A DNA stretch of 64,000 bases. Origin: Octopus sinensis. Lineage: Eukaryota. The position numbers and the translations under genes are program-made. Below the pieces are notes generated by a model. The model did not search any database. It had not been told where the DNA came from and was given only the letters and a program-made list of their open reading frames with translations. This document shows, one piece after another, positions 25,531 to 39,569 of this stretch; within the stretch, counting starts at the first letter, position 1, and the number at the start of each line of letters is the position of its first letter. Location of the stretch: the NCBI RefSeq assembly GCF_006345805.1, contig NC_043003.1, positions 23,002,001 to 23,066,000 on the forward strand. The letters run 5' to 3'.

Positions 25531-26421
25531 CTTCATCAAAATATATTGAAGTGTATCATTTATCCCGATGTTATCTTGAAAAGTGAAACTGTTCAAATTT
25601 ACATGCCGATCGACTATATTTTAAGATTAGCACTGCCGGTCAAACCGTTAAGAAGCTGGCATAGCAATCAGAACACTCCGAATTCGAAACTACTGTTTGG
25701 CATCTTGGGCAAATGTCGTTTCTATATGGGCCCAACCTCATGTTGTGAGTAAAATTGGAAACCTTCGATCAATTGTATCTGTAATCAAAAATACAGCTTT
25801 ATTGACATATGTGAACTAGAGGAAATGATAGAGCGTCAGGCAAAATATCATACGGTAGTTGTTCAAGACCGTATCTTTTGCGTTCTATGTTCAAACCTCA
25901 CCTAGGTCAACTATGTCTTTTATTTCTTTGAAGCTGATACAATAAAGCATCAGTCAAATACTAGGGTTAATTTAATAGAATAAACACGCTCACGAAATTT
26001 CAGTCCTTGTGCATATGCTAGGGACAATTATAATCTTGTTTCATTACTTCTGCTTATTGGATAATTTTGGACGATTTCTAATAACAAGAAATATAATAGA
26101 TTATGACACGAGTAAATTTGATTTTGATTTTCAAATTAGATATTTTTGACATTTATTATTTCAGTATAAATTGTCTTAAGTATATTTCGTCGTCAACGTT
26201 TCCACCCAACATCCGCAGAAAGCGCATTCAATCAATACATTTACAATTTACAGTTTACAAACATCAACAATGATACATAGACACACATACATATGTAAAA
26301 AAACATAAACCCATACAAGCACACTTATATGCATACATACATACATACATACATACATACATACATACATACATACGTACATACATACATACGTACATAC
26401 ATACATACATACATACATACG

Positions 26422-26468
<47 letters not shown>

Positions 26469-26790
26469 GAGGACAAAAATACACTTAGAGATGTGCTGTT
26501 ATAGGAAGACCAACGTTAAACGTATTACCTTTGACAACATGTGAAACAGTTCGCCATTTACATCTGTTAGATAAGATTAGTGCAACGTAGCTTCATTGCT
26601 TTAGACATTTTCTGTTTGAAGTAAATTGTATGAATTAAGATAAATATCTATATGAAATGTTATAGACGGGATATGTTCATCGCTTCAGATAAGAACATAT
26701 AGAGGATAGAAAATTTGTTTCGTATAATGCATGAATGAAAGAGGTTAAGAGCAAAAGAAAATCGATTAATAAGGTAGCTGGAGAACTTAC

Positions 26791-26882
<92 letters not shown>

Positions 26883-27109
26883 TTATCTATCTATCTGTCT
26901 GTCTGTCTGTTAATTAATCAACCAATCAATAATCAAATCGATCAGTTAATTGATGAATATGTTTGTGTGTATGTACATGTTTGAAGAAGCAGCGGCAGTC
27001 CATGGAAACTCCAGCGTAACAGACTATGGACCGAGTTAAACTATTTACAAAAACCGGTGGGATCACAAACCACCGCCAGTGCTTGAAAATGACCACATCT
27101 CACTCCTTT

Positions 27110-27415
27110 GGAACTTCAAGGTTCAAACTGGTGGAAATACAGATGCAAATAGGCCAGGTATTATATTGAAGGATTTCAGACAAAAACCATGCTGTCCATA
27201 TCGATGTATCTGTCAAGACCCACCAAAATCTGAGCAAGTATAAATATCTTGAAATAGAGATTGGCAAAGTGTGGAACCTCAAGACTAAAACAAGGAATGA
27301 TAGCAAAAGGGGCTGATTGCTACCTAGGTCAGACACCAGGAAATCCAAATATGGAAAAATTAAAAAAATAGTACTCATGAGATTTGACTATGTCCTACGT
27401 AAAATATTCTCTATG
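27110..27415 (+). pseudogene. Dong/R4-clade LINE 3' fragment (restriction-like endonuclease domain)
   Basis: Frameshifted WNFKVQTGGNTDANRPGIILKDF...IDVSV...KYKYLEIEIGKVWNLKT...KIVLM...VLRKILSM*, matching the W.F..QTD...ANRPD...IDV...KY..L RLE signature. Confidence 0.8.
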
Positions 27416-27714
27416 TAATCCCCCAAATATTTTAATCTGTAAACAGTGTCAGAATACTTTTAAATTTACATAACAGCAAACACATTTCACTGTCATCCTA
27501 ACATTAGTCTATCATCATATAATCAAATTACTTTTAAAACAAACTTCTAATTTAGTTGTGTTTTGACAGACATTCTCTGGAACAATACTCTGTGCAAAAC
27601 CAAATATATGACACCCTATATGAACTTCTAACTTATCCCTTGAGGACTCTGGGTGAGACTTGGAGTCAATTAGTACAAATATAAAGCAAAAGCTAAACAT
27701 ATAATAATGATAAT

Positions 27715-28008
27715 AATAGTAATAATAAAATTTGAAATTGCAAGAACTTGGAATAAGAAGTATGTAAAGATTGTGCCAATGGTAACTGCTGCATTTGAAA
27801 ATGTAAGCAAAGATATAGATAAGGGAATTGGAATAGAATGTCCTGTGGAACTTCTACAGAAATTTGCCTCTTAGGGATAGGTAAGATTACCAGGAGGGCT
27901 CTAAACAATTGAAAGACTATTGAAAGCTCGGGGATGCCTAAGGTTACAGATAGTAACCCACTCCCTACGTAATTTCTGTCAGCAAGAACACCAAACCTGA
28001 GTCAAATC

Positions 28009-28010
<2 letters not shown>
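27715..28010 (+). pseudogene. Second Dong/R4-clade LINE 3' end followed by (TAA)n
   Basis: FEIARTWNKKYVKIVPMV...IGIECPVELLQK...RRAL, then a short 3' UTR and a (TAA)n tail. Confidence 0.7.

Positions 28011-28095
<85 letters not shown>
28008..28095 (+). repeat. (TAA)n microsatellite
   Basis: Seen directly. Confidence 0.95.
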
Positions 28096-28096
<1 letters not shown>

Positions 28097-28190
28097 GGTG
28101 TATTATTATGTTATACGATATAATCACACACACCCACACTCGCACATATCTATCTATCTATCTATCCATCTGTGTGTGCGTATATATATG

Positions 28191-28326
<136 letters not shown>

Positions 28327-29769
28327 TCTAAACACTTACACATACATATATATCTGACGTATTATAAAATAGAAATAAATATTCCGTAGTAAATATGAGA
28401 GAAAACAAAAATTTTCTTTTAACCTTGCATTTAATAATTTCGGGTTTAAAATCTCCTTAATAAGTGAAAAATCGAGAGCAGTCTCAGAGTTGATCTGCGC
28501 AAAACAATTTGAGACGTAAATGAGTAAGACATAGTTTATAACTCAACAAATGTTCATTATTTCATCTCGTGGGTTTGATAAATATATGTAATTAGCTGGA
28601 TATATATTCAACAGTGGAAATCCAGAGATACTCAATATGGCAGTAGCGCTCAAATGATTCATACTTAGACTTAGATATCTTTACGAGCGACCAATTCCGC
28701 GGAGTAAAGAATGGTTATAAGAGTAATCAAGGCGATTAGCTATGGAAGCAATTGTGCGGATAAACAAATTAAATGTAACAACTTGGATTTGATATACAAA
28801 ATATGCATATATGTATACATGCAAAACGGGAGAAAGCCAAGACGGATGACTTTCATACGATGAATATTTTTAGTATAAATATATAGACATTTATGTTTGC
28901 ACTCTGTGTAAGTTTGGTCTATTAATATAAGTATCTATTTATATATACTCAAATATTCATCGTCTAAAAGTCCACAGTTTTTGTTTTCGCTCGTTTTGCA
29001 TTAATACGTATTTTGTATATCAAACCCAAGCTGTTATATTTGTTTATCCACATAATTAGCTGGATATGACATTTCCGGGGATTTTTATTTATTGAAACGC
29101 ATTTTGTATGAATGTCTTCTTTCATGCGGACTATAAATTGTACTAATGGAGCTTCAGATGAAAGCTGTAAATGATGTAATTTATGCTATGTGATACATTA
29201 CGTTCACATGCAAATTGAAATCTGCTTTTTGCTGTGGTTTTTGGTTTATGTGCTTACATTGTTACTGAATCTGGGCTAATTTCTAGACAGTTATTTTCTT
29301 AGAGAACACCCAGAGTATATGGGTTATAAATTCATTCTCTTCTTAGGGATTACCAAACGGTTTGAAGCAGCGATTTAATTATAGTAATCTCAATTATTTA
29401 AACGTCACCATCCCCAATTATATGTGCATATAAAATCTAAACTTACATTTCATATTTTGACTCTTAATAAAAGATTAATTTGTAAATCTGAAATATTGGA
29501 ATATAATGTAAGACGTAAACCAGACTTCTTGATTTTGCTTCTATATTCTCTTTCTTTATTACGATTTGCATCGCAGTGGCTTCCTAATCGAAAATAAATT
29601 ATATTTTATTATGCACTTAATATAATTATATAAACTTGACGTCATATAACTCTGAGGAAATTGTAAGATGTTGCACATGCACTCAAATGTGAGTGCAATG
29701 GTTCTTAAGCGAAAGAGTTGTAAGCTAATGAAGTGATTACGTAACACCTGTTACTTTGTAATTCATTAA

Positions 29770-29817
<48 letters not shown>

Positions 29818-29954
29818 TAGATATACTAGTTTGTATATAAGGGTGCAGAGCTTGCGCCGAAAACCAGCTGGCGGAGACTCCGTCTGAGGTAGTAACATTC
29901 ATCTGCCATTTTGATACTCGCTAAATAGTAAAGGATACTCGCTTTACTATTTAT

Positions 29955-30028
<74 letters not shown>

Positions 30029-30039
30029 CGACGGTTATT

Positions 30040-30150
30040 TTTTCAGTTTCCATCAGTCACAAGACTATGGTGTGCCCGAGGTTATAACAGGAGTCACTTT
30101 TCCAAGGCTCGACGCAATAAAACTGAACCAGGAGCCTTGTGGTTGGGGGG
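30040..30150 (-). mobile_element. SINE family B, split by the insertion at 30160-31570 (remainder at 31571-31600)
   Basis: ...gaaccaggagccttgtggttggg | gggaagcaagcttcttaccaaacagc reconstructs the SINE head. Confidence 0.75.
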
Positions 30151-30159
30151 CATTCTTCT

Positions 30160-31570
30160 CTATTTCTTTTAATTTGCCATAAAGGCATTACATAGAGGAG
30201 GACACTACAACACATGTGGAGACATATAACAATTAAAATAAAACTATGATGCTATAAATGACACATGAAAAGGAACATGCAAAACATTAAAATCAAAATA
30301 TTAAAATAATAATACATGAATGATAACTGAGAAATGAGAATATGAAAAGTGTGTTAATCACTCCACTCGCCACCACTGAGACCCGAGTGCACTTTAGTTT
30401 TTAATCTAGCCTTTCCTTTTTCCCCAACGCTGAGTGACAACACTCTCTCCTCCATGTACACGTAACCTTTTTCATCGATGTCTTCTCCTTCTTCTTTTTT
30501 TCCTGTGGGGAGAGGGGGTGGGTGGGTTTAGTGTCTGTATAGGGAAAGTGAGTCTGAGTGGTCTTGGGTGGAATGGAGTTGGTCTGGGGTCCCGCATTAC
30601 ACTGACTGTTTTCCCTCTTCTTTCTCTTTTTCTTTTTATTCTCTGTCACTGTCCATTCATCCTCCTTGTTCATTCCATCTATCTGTACTTCTTCCTTTTT
30701 TCTCCACCGTCTCCAGCATCGCTTCGTCTGTCGTTTTCCTCTGTAGAGAGCAGTGAGCTCTAATAAGGCCTCTTTGGCCACATTTAAAGCATCGCGGAAC
30801 TCTACCCTCTATCCATACTCTCAATATTATTTCTCCCAACGTCACAGTCTCCGCCAAATTTTCCAGTTGCTTCGCCTCCGCTTGTATGATGATTTCCAAT
30901 GTTTTTCCTCTATATCCCCCTTCCTCCGTCTCTGTGGCTTGGAGGACAGCCACCTCCGCCACACTTCCAGCGAGGACAGCTGCCGCAACCCAAGCCACTT
31001 CAATATCGGGTGGTATTCTTTCTACCCTCACCTTAGAAGTCTTTTTGCAAAGGTACGTGGGTAGAAGTACTACTTCCTCCGTTTATACAGTTGTACTCGC
31101 CAGCCTCTTTACCTCCTCCGTTGTCCTAAACTGGACAACCACCGTCCCAAATCCACTTCCTTTTGCTATGCATGTCTCTTCCTTCGAAAGCCCCTTCAAT
31201 GCTTTTCTACTTTTTCCATCTCCATCGGCCCCACCTTCCTACTTTCCACTGAGTGCACCTTTCCATATTTTCCATGACCCTTTTCGGGGATAATAACTTT
31301 ACGTCACTGCCCACCTTCTGTGTCCTCTTATACAGCTCCTTCAGTCCGGCTAGGTCCACTTCCCTTTTCTTCACCTCTGCAGCCTCAGCAAAACTCTTTA
31401 CTCTTTCCAAATGCATGTCCATTCTATTTATCGCCTTAACGAACTGAGGACAGTTTAAACTCGCTAAGGTCCGAATACATTCCTTTCCACCGATTCAACA
31501 CTCACCGACAAACCGCTGCCAAGCAGCTCAAAAAATTCCGTCCGTCTCGTCAGAAATCAACACAGCATGC
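30160..31570 (-). mobile_element. ORF1-only (HAL1-like) non-autonomous Tx1/L1-type retroelement; decayed gag-like ORF1 with a CCHC knuckle
   Basis: Minus frames: MDMHLERVKSFAEAA...GFGTVVVQFRTTEEVKRL...RVERIPPDIEVAWV...RVWIEGRVPRCFKCGQRGLIRAHC; stops and frameshifts; no endonuclease/RT before an AT-rich 3' UTR ending ctctatgtaaatgcctttatggcaaattaaaagaaa. Confidence 0.75.
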
Positions 31571-32155
31571 GAGGGAAGCAAGCTTCTTACCAAACAGCTT
31601 CTGTTTGTCTGTCTGTCTCTCTATCTCTCTCTTTGCACGAACGTAGTTATCGACTGCATTTGATTTTTTGGACTCGAAAATATTGCTCTCCAAAGATTTC
31701 TCTGTGAACAATAAGAAATGTTTGATGTTATGACAGATGCCTATAAGCATTAAATCAGAGAGAACTTGAATTTTTTTTATTAGTTATACATTATATAAAA
31801 ATATGAGTGTATTTGCCTAACGGTGAATTTTAGGCAGATCTACATGTTTCTGTTACTCCACTGGATGGTAAAATTTATATCATATTTACTGCATTATTCA
31901 CCCGAGAAAGTAACTTGTAAGGATATCTAGTGTATAAAAACATAGCGATATCGATAGAAGACGAGAATTGACCAGCACCTGCGTTTCTAGTATTATATAT
32001 ATTCATCTACTTCAGTACTCTAGTCTCTCCATCTCACTCCCAATCTCTCTCTCCCTCTCTCTCACTTTCTCTCCCTTTCTCTCTCTCTGCTACAATCTTT
32101 TTCAGATTTTCATGCACTTACAAACTTACCAAATACACACTCACTTTTCTTTCCC

Positions 32156-32492
<337 letters not shown>

Positions 32493-33031
32493 TCATCCAT
32501 CTATCCATTTATCTATGTAGCCATATATGTATTTTTATTTTCTCTCTCTCTCTCCTCTCTCTCTCTCTACCTCTCACTGTCCATCTACTTATCTATCTAC
32601 CAACCTGTATATTTATGTGCGAATTTTTGTGCATGAATGAATGTCTACATGTGCGAGTACCCATGTATGAATGCACACAGGTATACCTAAGTGTACGTAT
32701 TTGTGTGTGCATGACGCGTGTGTATTCATGCACATTTTCAAATTTATTCAGAGAATCTGCTAACATTATCCATATGCTTTTTGTTGTTAAATTCGAATAG
32801 ATTTCTCTATGAAATAAATTATTCAACCTTTATTTAAATATCGAACGATTATTGAAATAACGAAAATCTCAACAACTCCCTTCCACGAGACCTCGTATAT
32901 ACATGATATATATATAGATATAGATATATATACACGCCCACATACACACACACATACATATGCATATATAGATATATAACTCATGTATATATGGATAAAT
33001 AAATATATTTTATATATATATACATATATAT

Positions 33032-33091
<60 letters not shown>

Positions 33092-33121
33092 GAACACACG
33101 TATATATGAACACACGTATAT

Positions 33122-33169
<48 letters not shown>

Positions 33170-33444
33170 CTATATATTATATATTGAATAGATCTGTGTA
33201 TGCATGTATGCGTATGTATGCGTACATGTGTTTTTGTGATAGTGTGCGTGTATGTACTTCCTTTTGACATCAAAAGAAAATATTTTCATTTCTAATCATC
33301 GTTCCCTTTGTATTTTCTTTAATCGCTCGCAAGTTTTGTGCGAGCTGAAATCATTATATCTCTGCAAGAGAGATCGATAGAGACACACACATACATTCAT
33401 ATATACATATATTATATATACGTATATATATATATATATATATA

Positions 33445-33484
<40 letters not shown>

Positions 33485-34050
33485 AATGCTAATAAGTCCA
33501 CCTGTCTGCAAGTATTTTTCTACCTAGCTTATCTATCTGTTTGTGTGTCCCTCTCTCTTCCTATCGGTCTGCACATACACTTTGATGTGTCTTCGTCCGT
33601 ATTACATACTTTGCATGTTATGAAGACAATGTAAAACAAAATATATAGGCCAGTCAGCCGGCCCCACTAGGTAATCGATTTCATAGATGTATCGATGATG
33701 TCTATAACAATGCACGGCAGTCCTCGAAACAGCAGTAGGAATTTCTAAGTGGGTTGTCCACTCTTATGCGTATACGTGATGTTTTCCAACTAACGGCTTG
33801 GATGTAACTTGGAAACATAACGCACCCTATGAACAACGTGGGAAAGTTTTCTGCGCAAGGTATGAATGGACGCTTTCTTATAATACTGCATTCCATCTCC
33901 CACGTCAGGAGCCCTGGGGGTTTACTCTTAAACTCTGTTCTTCAAAAGAAATATATCCGGAATATATGCTTCCTAAACACTGTAGTTCTCTATATAACTA
34001 TTCATAAATAAGTGCCTACATTCACTCATTTTCGTTTGAGAATATACATG

Positions 34051-34082
<32 letters not shown>

Positions 34083-35895
34083 ATTATATATAATATGATA
34101 TATATATATATATTATAATATATATATATATATATTATATATACATACACATAAATATATATGTATATATATACACATTATAATAAATCCACGCCTGTAC
34201 ATTAACAAATTAAGGCATGTATGAATACGTTTAAAAGCACTAACCAAATAATTCCAGCTTTGTGACTGCTCATTTCCATTTCTTAAGGCGTCTGCCATGC
34301 CTGCACCCTGTTTCGCATTCTTCTTACTTCTCCGTCGAACCCACAACCCAGTTCTCTGCTCTTCTCTCTGATATCATAGATCACTCCTTTTTTAAATAAG
34401 AATTTATTATGAATTCCCTTTACATGAATAGTTTTAAATAGCTGTCTAGGTGCGGCTAGTTTAGCATTCCGCTCTCTTTACATAGCTTTCTTTACCACTC
34501 ACTCAGTATTTTCACAGCACACTTTGCTCCTACGCGGTTGGACGAATTGGCAATTACCTAGTGGGCTCTCTAGGTCACCTATATAATACAGAAGCAGATA
34601 TATCAATGCGGTCGATCATGTTTATGAACATTTGAAAGACAAGTAAATCTCTCACCTCCATCATAATTGATTTGATATTACACATTACTCTGCAAGTTTA
34701 CTGTAATCGGATCTTTGTGGTTTTCTGACACATGGAGATCTTTTGCAATTGACCTCATGAGCTTTCTGGGATTGTAATCAACGGTCTGTTGAACTTGGTG
34801 GATACATTCAGGCGTTCTGATGATTTCAGAACATTTAGAATGCTTTTTTTATGCTTTATACTGGGGATACGTTTTCATCTTCAGTCCCTAGCTCCTAACA
34901 AATTTTGTAGACGAAAGATCTGGCCACTTTTAAAAGTAGAGATATTAATAAATCGCTATGCTCAGCCTTTATAACCGCAATAACATCATGCCTCTTCATT
35001 TCTTGAGTAAGCTGAGGGTCTGCTATTATTATTTTCTCAATCAAAGATTATACAGAGTTAGCAAACAATGCAGCAATGACCCCAAAAAGGTATGTCCTCA
35101 AATACATAACGCACCCTGTATATGCTTACACACTTACATACAGGTTTGAATAATATTGTATAGCGCATCAAATCACTGCCATCGCGATTATGTTCTTGGG
35201 AAATTAAAATCCTTTCAGTATATATCATTGAAGATTAAACGAAAATTCTCACTTATGGCAAAAGGTGCTGAAACACCATATCCACATACTATATCCACCC
35301 AGCGGTCTGTCAGAATCGTTTTTTGGCTGTTCAGCATTTCTCAGTAGGAGATGCCGAGGAAGTGATAACTCGGCAAGGTTCTAAAGCTGCGAGTGCAACA
35401 CAGTTACTGATATTGATTAATTCAAGATAAAGCTTTAAAATCTGCTCACGGTAGCTGTCTTCGGTATAATCTACTGAGGAAGGGTGAAGCGCCAGAGATA
35501 CATTGGAGCGTCGGCTAGGTTGAGATACCTACTAGATATTGTTTTTTTGTTTACATTTTCTTTTACCATAATCGAGAATTTTCTCTCCGCGGTAACTGCA
35601 GGTAATTTTCCTTCAGAAGTTGAAATATGTTACAAGCATATTTTAATTAAGTTAAGGTACGCTCATTCCTCATTATTCCTTAATGCCGACACAATTGTAT
35701 TTATACCGACTGCATGCGTAACTCAATCGTTGATATTGATTGTTTCAAGATAAATCTACGGCTTTAGAATCTACTCGTGTTATCTTACATCGGTATCTCC
35801 TTCTGAAGATGGCTAAAGCGGTAGAAGCAAACGTGGGAGTACGAGAATTCCGAGGAGATATGGTGTTTTGACACCATTTATCATAGGCGAGTGAA

Positions 35896-36240
35896 GGCGC
35901 ATGACTCAGTGGTTAGAGCGTAGAGCTTACGATCATGAGGTTGTGAGTTCGATTCCCGGACCGAGCTGTGTTGTGCTGTGTTCTTGAGCAAGACACTTTA
36001 TTTCACGTTGCTCCAGTTCACTCAGCTGTAGAAATGAGTTGCCACATCACTGGTGCCAAGCTGTACCGGACTTTGCCTGTCTCTAGGATAACATCAGTGG
36101 TGTGGAAAGGGGAGGCTGGTATGCATGGGTGACTGCTAGCCTTCCATAATGAATCATGTTCCGGACTTGTGCCTGGGAGGGTAACTTCCTTGGTGCAATC
36201 CCATGGTCATTCATGACCGAAAGGGTCTCCTTCACCTCCT
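35896..36240 (+). mobile_element. tRNA(Arg)-like SINE family D, full length, with probable TSD
   Basis: A box TGACTCAGTGG, ACG anticodon-like loop, B box AGTTCGATTCC; atcata(g/a)gcgag on both sides; head resembles octopus tRNA-Arg-derived SINEs. Confidence 0.85.
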
Positions 36241-37250
36241 ATCATAAGCGAGAATATTTTTTACATAGTAACTGTAGCGAGTTTGCCTTCAGAAGATGAA
36301 ATATATAACAAACATTTTATCTTTAAGTTTCCGTCCCGTGGTCATTCATGGCCGAAGAGGTCTCCTTCACCTGCTATCATAAGCGAGAATATTTTTTACA
36401 TAGTAACTGTAGCGAGTTTGCCTTTAGAAGATGAAACATGTAACAAACATTTTATGTTTTAAGTTTCCGTCTAACAAATCCATTCTCTAAGCTTTGATGC
36501 TTTTGAAAAAGAGACCTACCAAAGTTCTACACAGATGGAGCGAACTACACAGATAGATTCAAACATGCATTGGCCTTAAGAAGCATTTTCCTTCTTATTT
36601 AACTCATAGATTATCTCCTTGGTGCACCTCAGATAATTTTCATGATTTTCCACATCATCGTGATGTATGATACCAATAGTGTCACATATTTTGTTCCATA
36701 CAAATATTTAAACATCCATTTGTTTTTGTCATATGTATATATAATATTCCTCACTTACACATTTTTTCAAATCTTCCTGCTGGAAATATTTTAGATAGCG
36801 GTTACATTTAGTTGACGTTTGAGATCCACAAAATATTTTTGATATCCAATCAAACTTGTTACGATATTCATATACTTACCGTCTGTTACGTTCCACTATT
36901 TTCCTAAGGCTACGGATCTCTGAAATTTTAAATTATCAATAAATATATTTAATGACTTTCATTTTCACACGCACGCACGCATGCATACACACACCCACAA
37001 ACACATACATATATACATATATATGTGTGTGTGTGCATTATATACATAAACTTACCCACATACATACATATACATACACTTATATATGTGAATGTAATTA
37101 ACATGTATGTGTGTGTAAATATATAGGTAGGAACACAAACACACACACACACGCACACACAAACATTATATACACAGTTTAAAAAGAACATAAAGAAAAA
37201 ACACTTCCCCTACTTAATTCGAATGACGTAGTCTTATTTTCAAATTTATC

Positions 37251-37319
<69 letters not shown>

Positions 37320-37401
37320 TATATATATACACATACATATATATATACATATATATGCATATATATATACATATATACACATATGTACATACACACACCA
37401 C

Positions 37402-37453
<52 letters not shown>

Positions 37454-38144
37454 CTGACAGGTATATTTCCATTGAGAGAATGCTAGCTTAAATGCGCAGA
37501 TAGTAAAGATAGATAGTAAGACAAACAGATAGAATTTATCGATATCATCTAATTTTATATTAATTTTGAAGATCAATAGAAAAATATTAGTAAAAATATG
37601 GGTCAGAATGAGATGAATTAGGAAAAACATGCAATGCAAAATTTCTGGATTAAAATTTAGTTTCCAAAAAAAAAAAAAGAAAAAAACATATTCTCCTGGC
37701 GTTTCTGTGACAAATCTTGGTATGTTTTTGTATCAGTGTTAGTGCTAGAGTTAGATCGATTTTTTAGTTCATATTTTCATTTTTTTGTTTGCGTGTAATC
37801 TCAAGGAATGCACGAAGAAATATATTTGTTACTTGTTGTGTATGTGTATACTGTTTTTTGTTGTGTATGTGTAAATGTAAAGAAAACTAATATGTGCCTT
37901 TATTCTAACCTTTGGTGGAAGCTGTATGTGTCTGTGAGTATGCATGAGTGAATTTTCTAATTTTTACATGTTCAAAATTTTTATATGGTAATCTATTACA
38001 TGTGTGTATGGCAGTTTATTATTCAGTGGCTCTTCGTCGTTCAACGACGGGGATTCAATTGTTTGATTAAGTGAATTACCTACCCCTGAATTAACGATCT
38101 CTTTTGTGTCTACAAGTGATCAGGCAGATGCAAGTATATCTTTG

Positions 38145-38275
38145 GGTTAAGGGGCTTGCTTTCTAACCACATGACTTCGGGCTCAGTCTCACTACATGGC
38201 ACTTCGAGTATTATTTCCCCTGGCCGACCAAAGCCTTTCGAGTGTTATTTGATGCACGGTAACTGCAAGAACCCC
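38145..38275 (+). mobile_element. SINE family B head, degraded
   Basis: gcttgctttctaaccacatgacttcgggctcagtctcact.catggcac...ggccgaccaaagcctt. Confidence 0.7.
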
Positions 38276-38356
38276 ACTCTCTCTTTCTTTCTGTATTTCT
38301 CTTTATATCCTCACACACACACACACACACACGCACACACACACACACACACACAT

Positions 38357-38395
<39 letters not shown>

Positions 38396-38402
38396 CACAA
38401 CC

Positions 38403-38684
38403 ATCGATTACATCAACATTGAAGAAACAGCGGCCATAGATGAAATAAGGTCATGCCCCGCCATTGGTCCTGATGGCTTCCCAGCTATTCTCCGAAAGAC
38501 ATGTAAGCAGGCTTTAGCAAAACCACTTCAAATACTTTACCAAAGGTTCCTTGTAAGTGGTATACTTCCTAAAAAGCCGAAAGAAGGCATTATATGCCCT
38601 ATCCACAAAGATAGAACCAGAGCAGGGGCCAAAATCTACAGGCCAATCTCTTTGACTTCTGATATAAGTAAAATCATTGCATGA
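38403..38684 (+). pseudogene. CR1/L2/Jockey-group LINE reverse-transcriptase N-terminal fragment
   Basis: Open frame AIDEIRSCPAIGPDGFPAILRKTCKQALAKPLQILYQRFLVSGILP...IICPIHKD...YRPISLTSDISKI*. Confidence 0.88.
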
Positions 38685-39414
38685 ACACATATTAGTTGAT
38701 AGATCATACACACAAAAATACATACATACATACATACACACACGTACACACGAACCTGCCCACACATATATACAAACATACATTCTCTCTATGTCAAATA
38801 TGCTTTTGCATTTTGTATTTTACAGTGTGCAGAGTATGCCTCTGTTTTTGTGCAGTATGTATTTCTGTTTGTAGCGATGGAAACGCTATAAAATCGGCAT
38901 ATGTATATAACGTGCATTATATCTCCAAGCAATACTTCGGGATCAGCGCATATGGTTAGCCCTATTTAAAAAAATGAGCGCCGGTCTATGAGACGAAGAA
39001 GAAAGTTGATATGAAAGCAGAACGAAAAGACAAAGCGTGAACAACAAAGAAATCAGGAATATATAGCATGTTTAATATTTATCTATTGCTTTTGCGTATG
39101 TGACATATTAATGTGCGCGTGTGTGTGTGTATGTGTGCGTGTGTTTAAGCGGTATGTTGTGTCCTATGACGTATGATTTTGTAAAATTTTTACTATATCC
39201 GATTCGCGTTACTGTGTATAAATTTTGACATTCTATTGTTCTTTCCATTGCACTTTGTATAATTGTGCGTGTTTGTAGTTTTTTCTCTTCGTGTGTATTC
39301 GTATGTGTAATAATGTCTATGTCTGTGTGTGGTGCTTGTTTTGTATCGTGTTTACAGTGTCAAAATATAACATAATAATGTATGCGGATATATATATATT
39401 ATATATATTATATA

Positions 39415-39461
<47 letters not shown>

Positions 39462-39535
39462 TTATAGACGTACATATATATACATATAAACATAAATGCA
39501 CACATACACATTTATATGTATATATATATATATAT

Positions 39536-39569
<34 letters not shown>

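Noticed and set aside
29637-29644. Perfect CRE palindrome TGACGTCA
   Set aside because: A single 8-mer is expected by chance in 64 kb; no CpG island context
34810-34835. TGATGA inside a small hairpin (possible C/D snoRNA)
   Set aside because: No properly spaced D box or terminal stem
35797-35839. CTGAAGATGGC...AAACGT hammerhead-like string
   Set aside because: No GAAA core and no convincing stem II
35896-35970. tRNA-Arg(ACG)-like sequence (also 52348 and 51475)
   Set aside because: No complete cloverleaf or acceptor stem, and it continues into SINE body sequence; these are SINE heads
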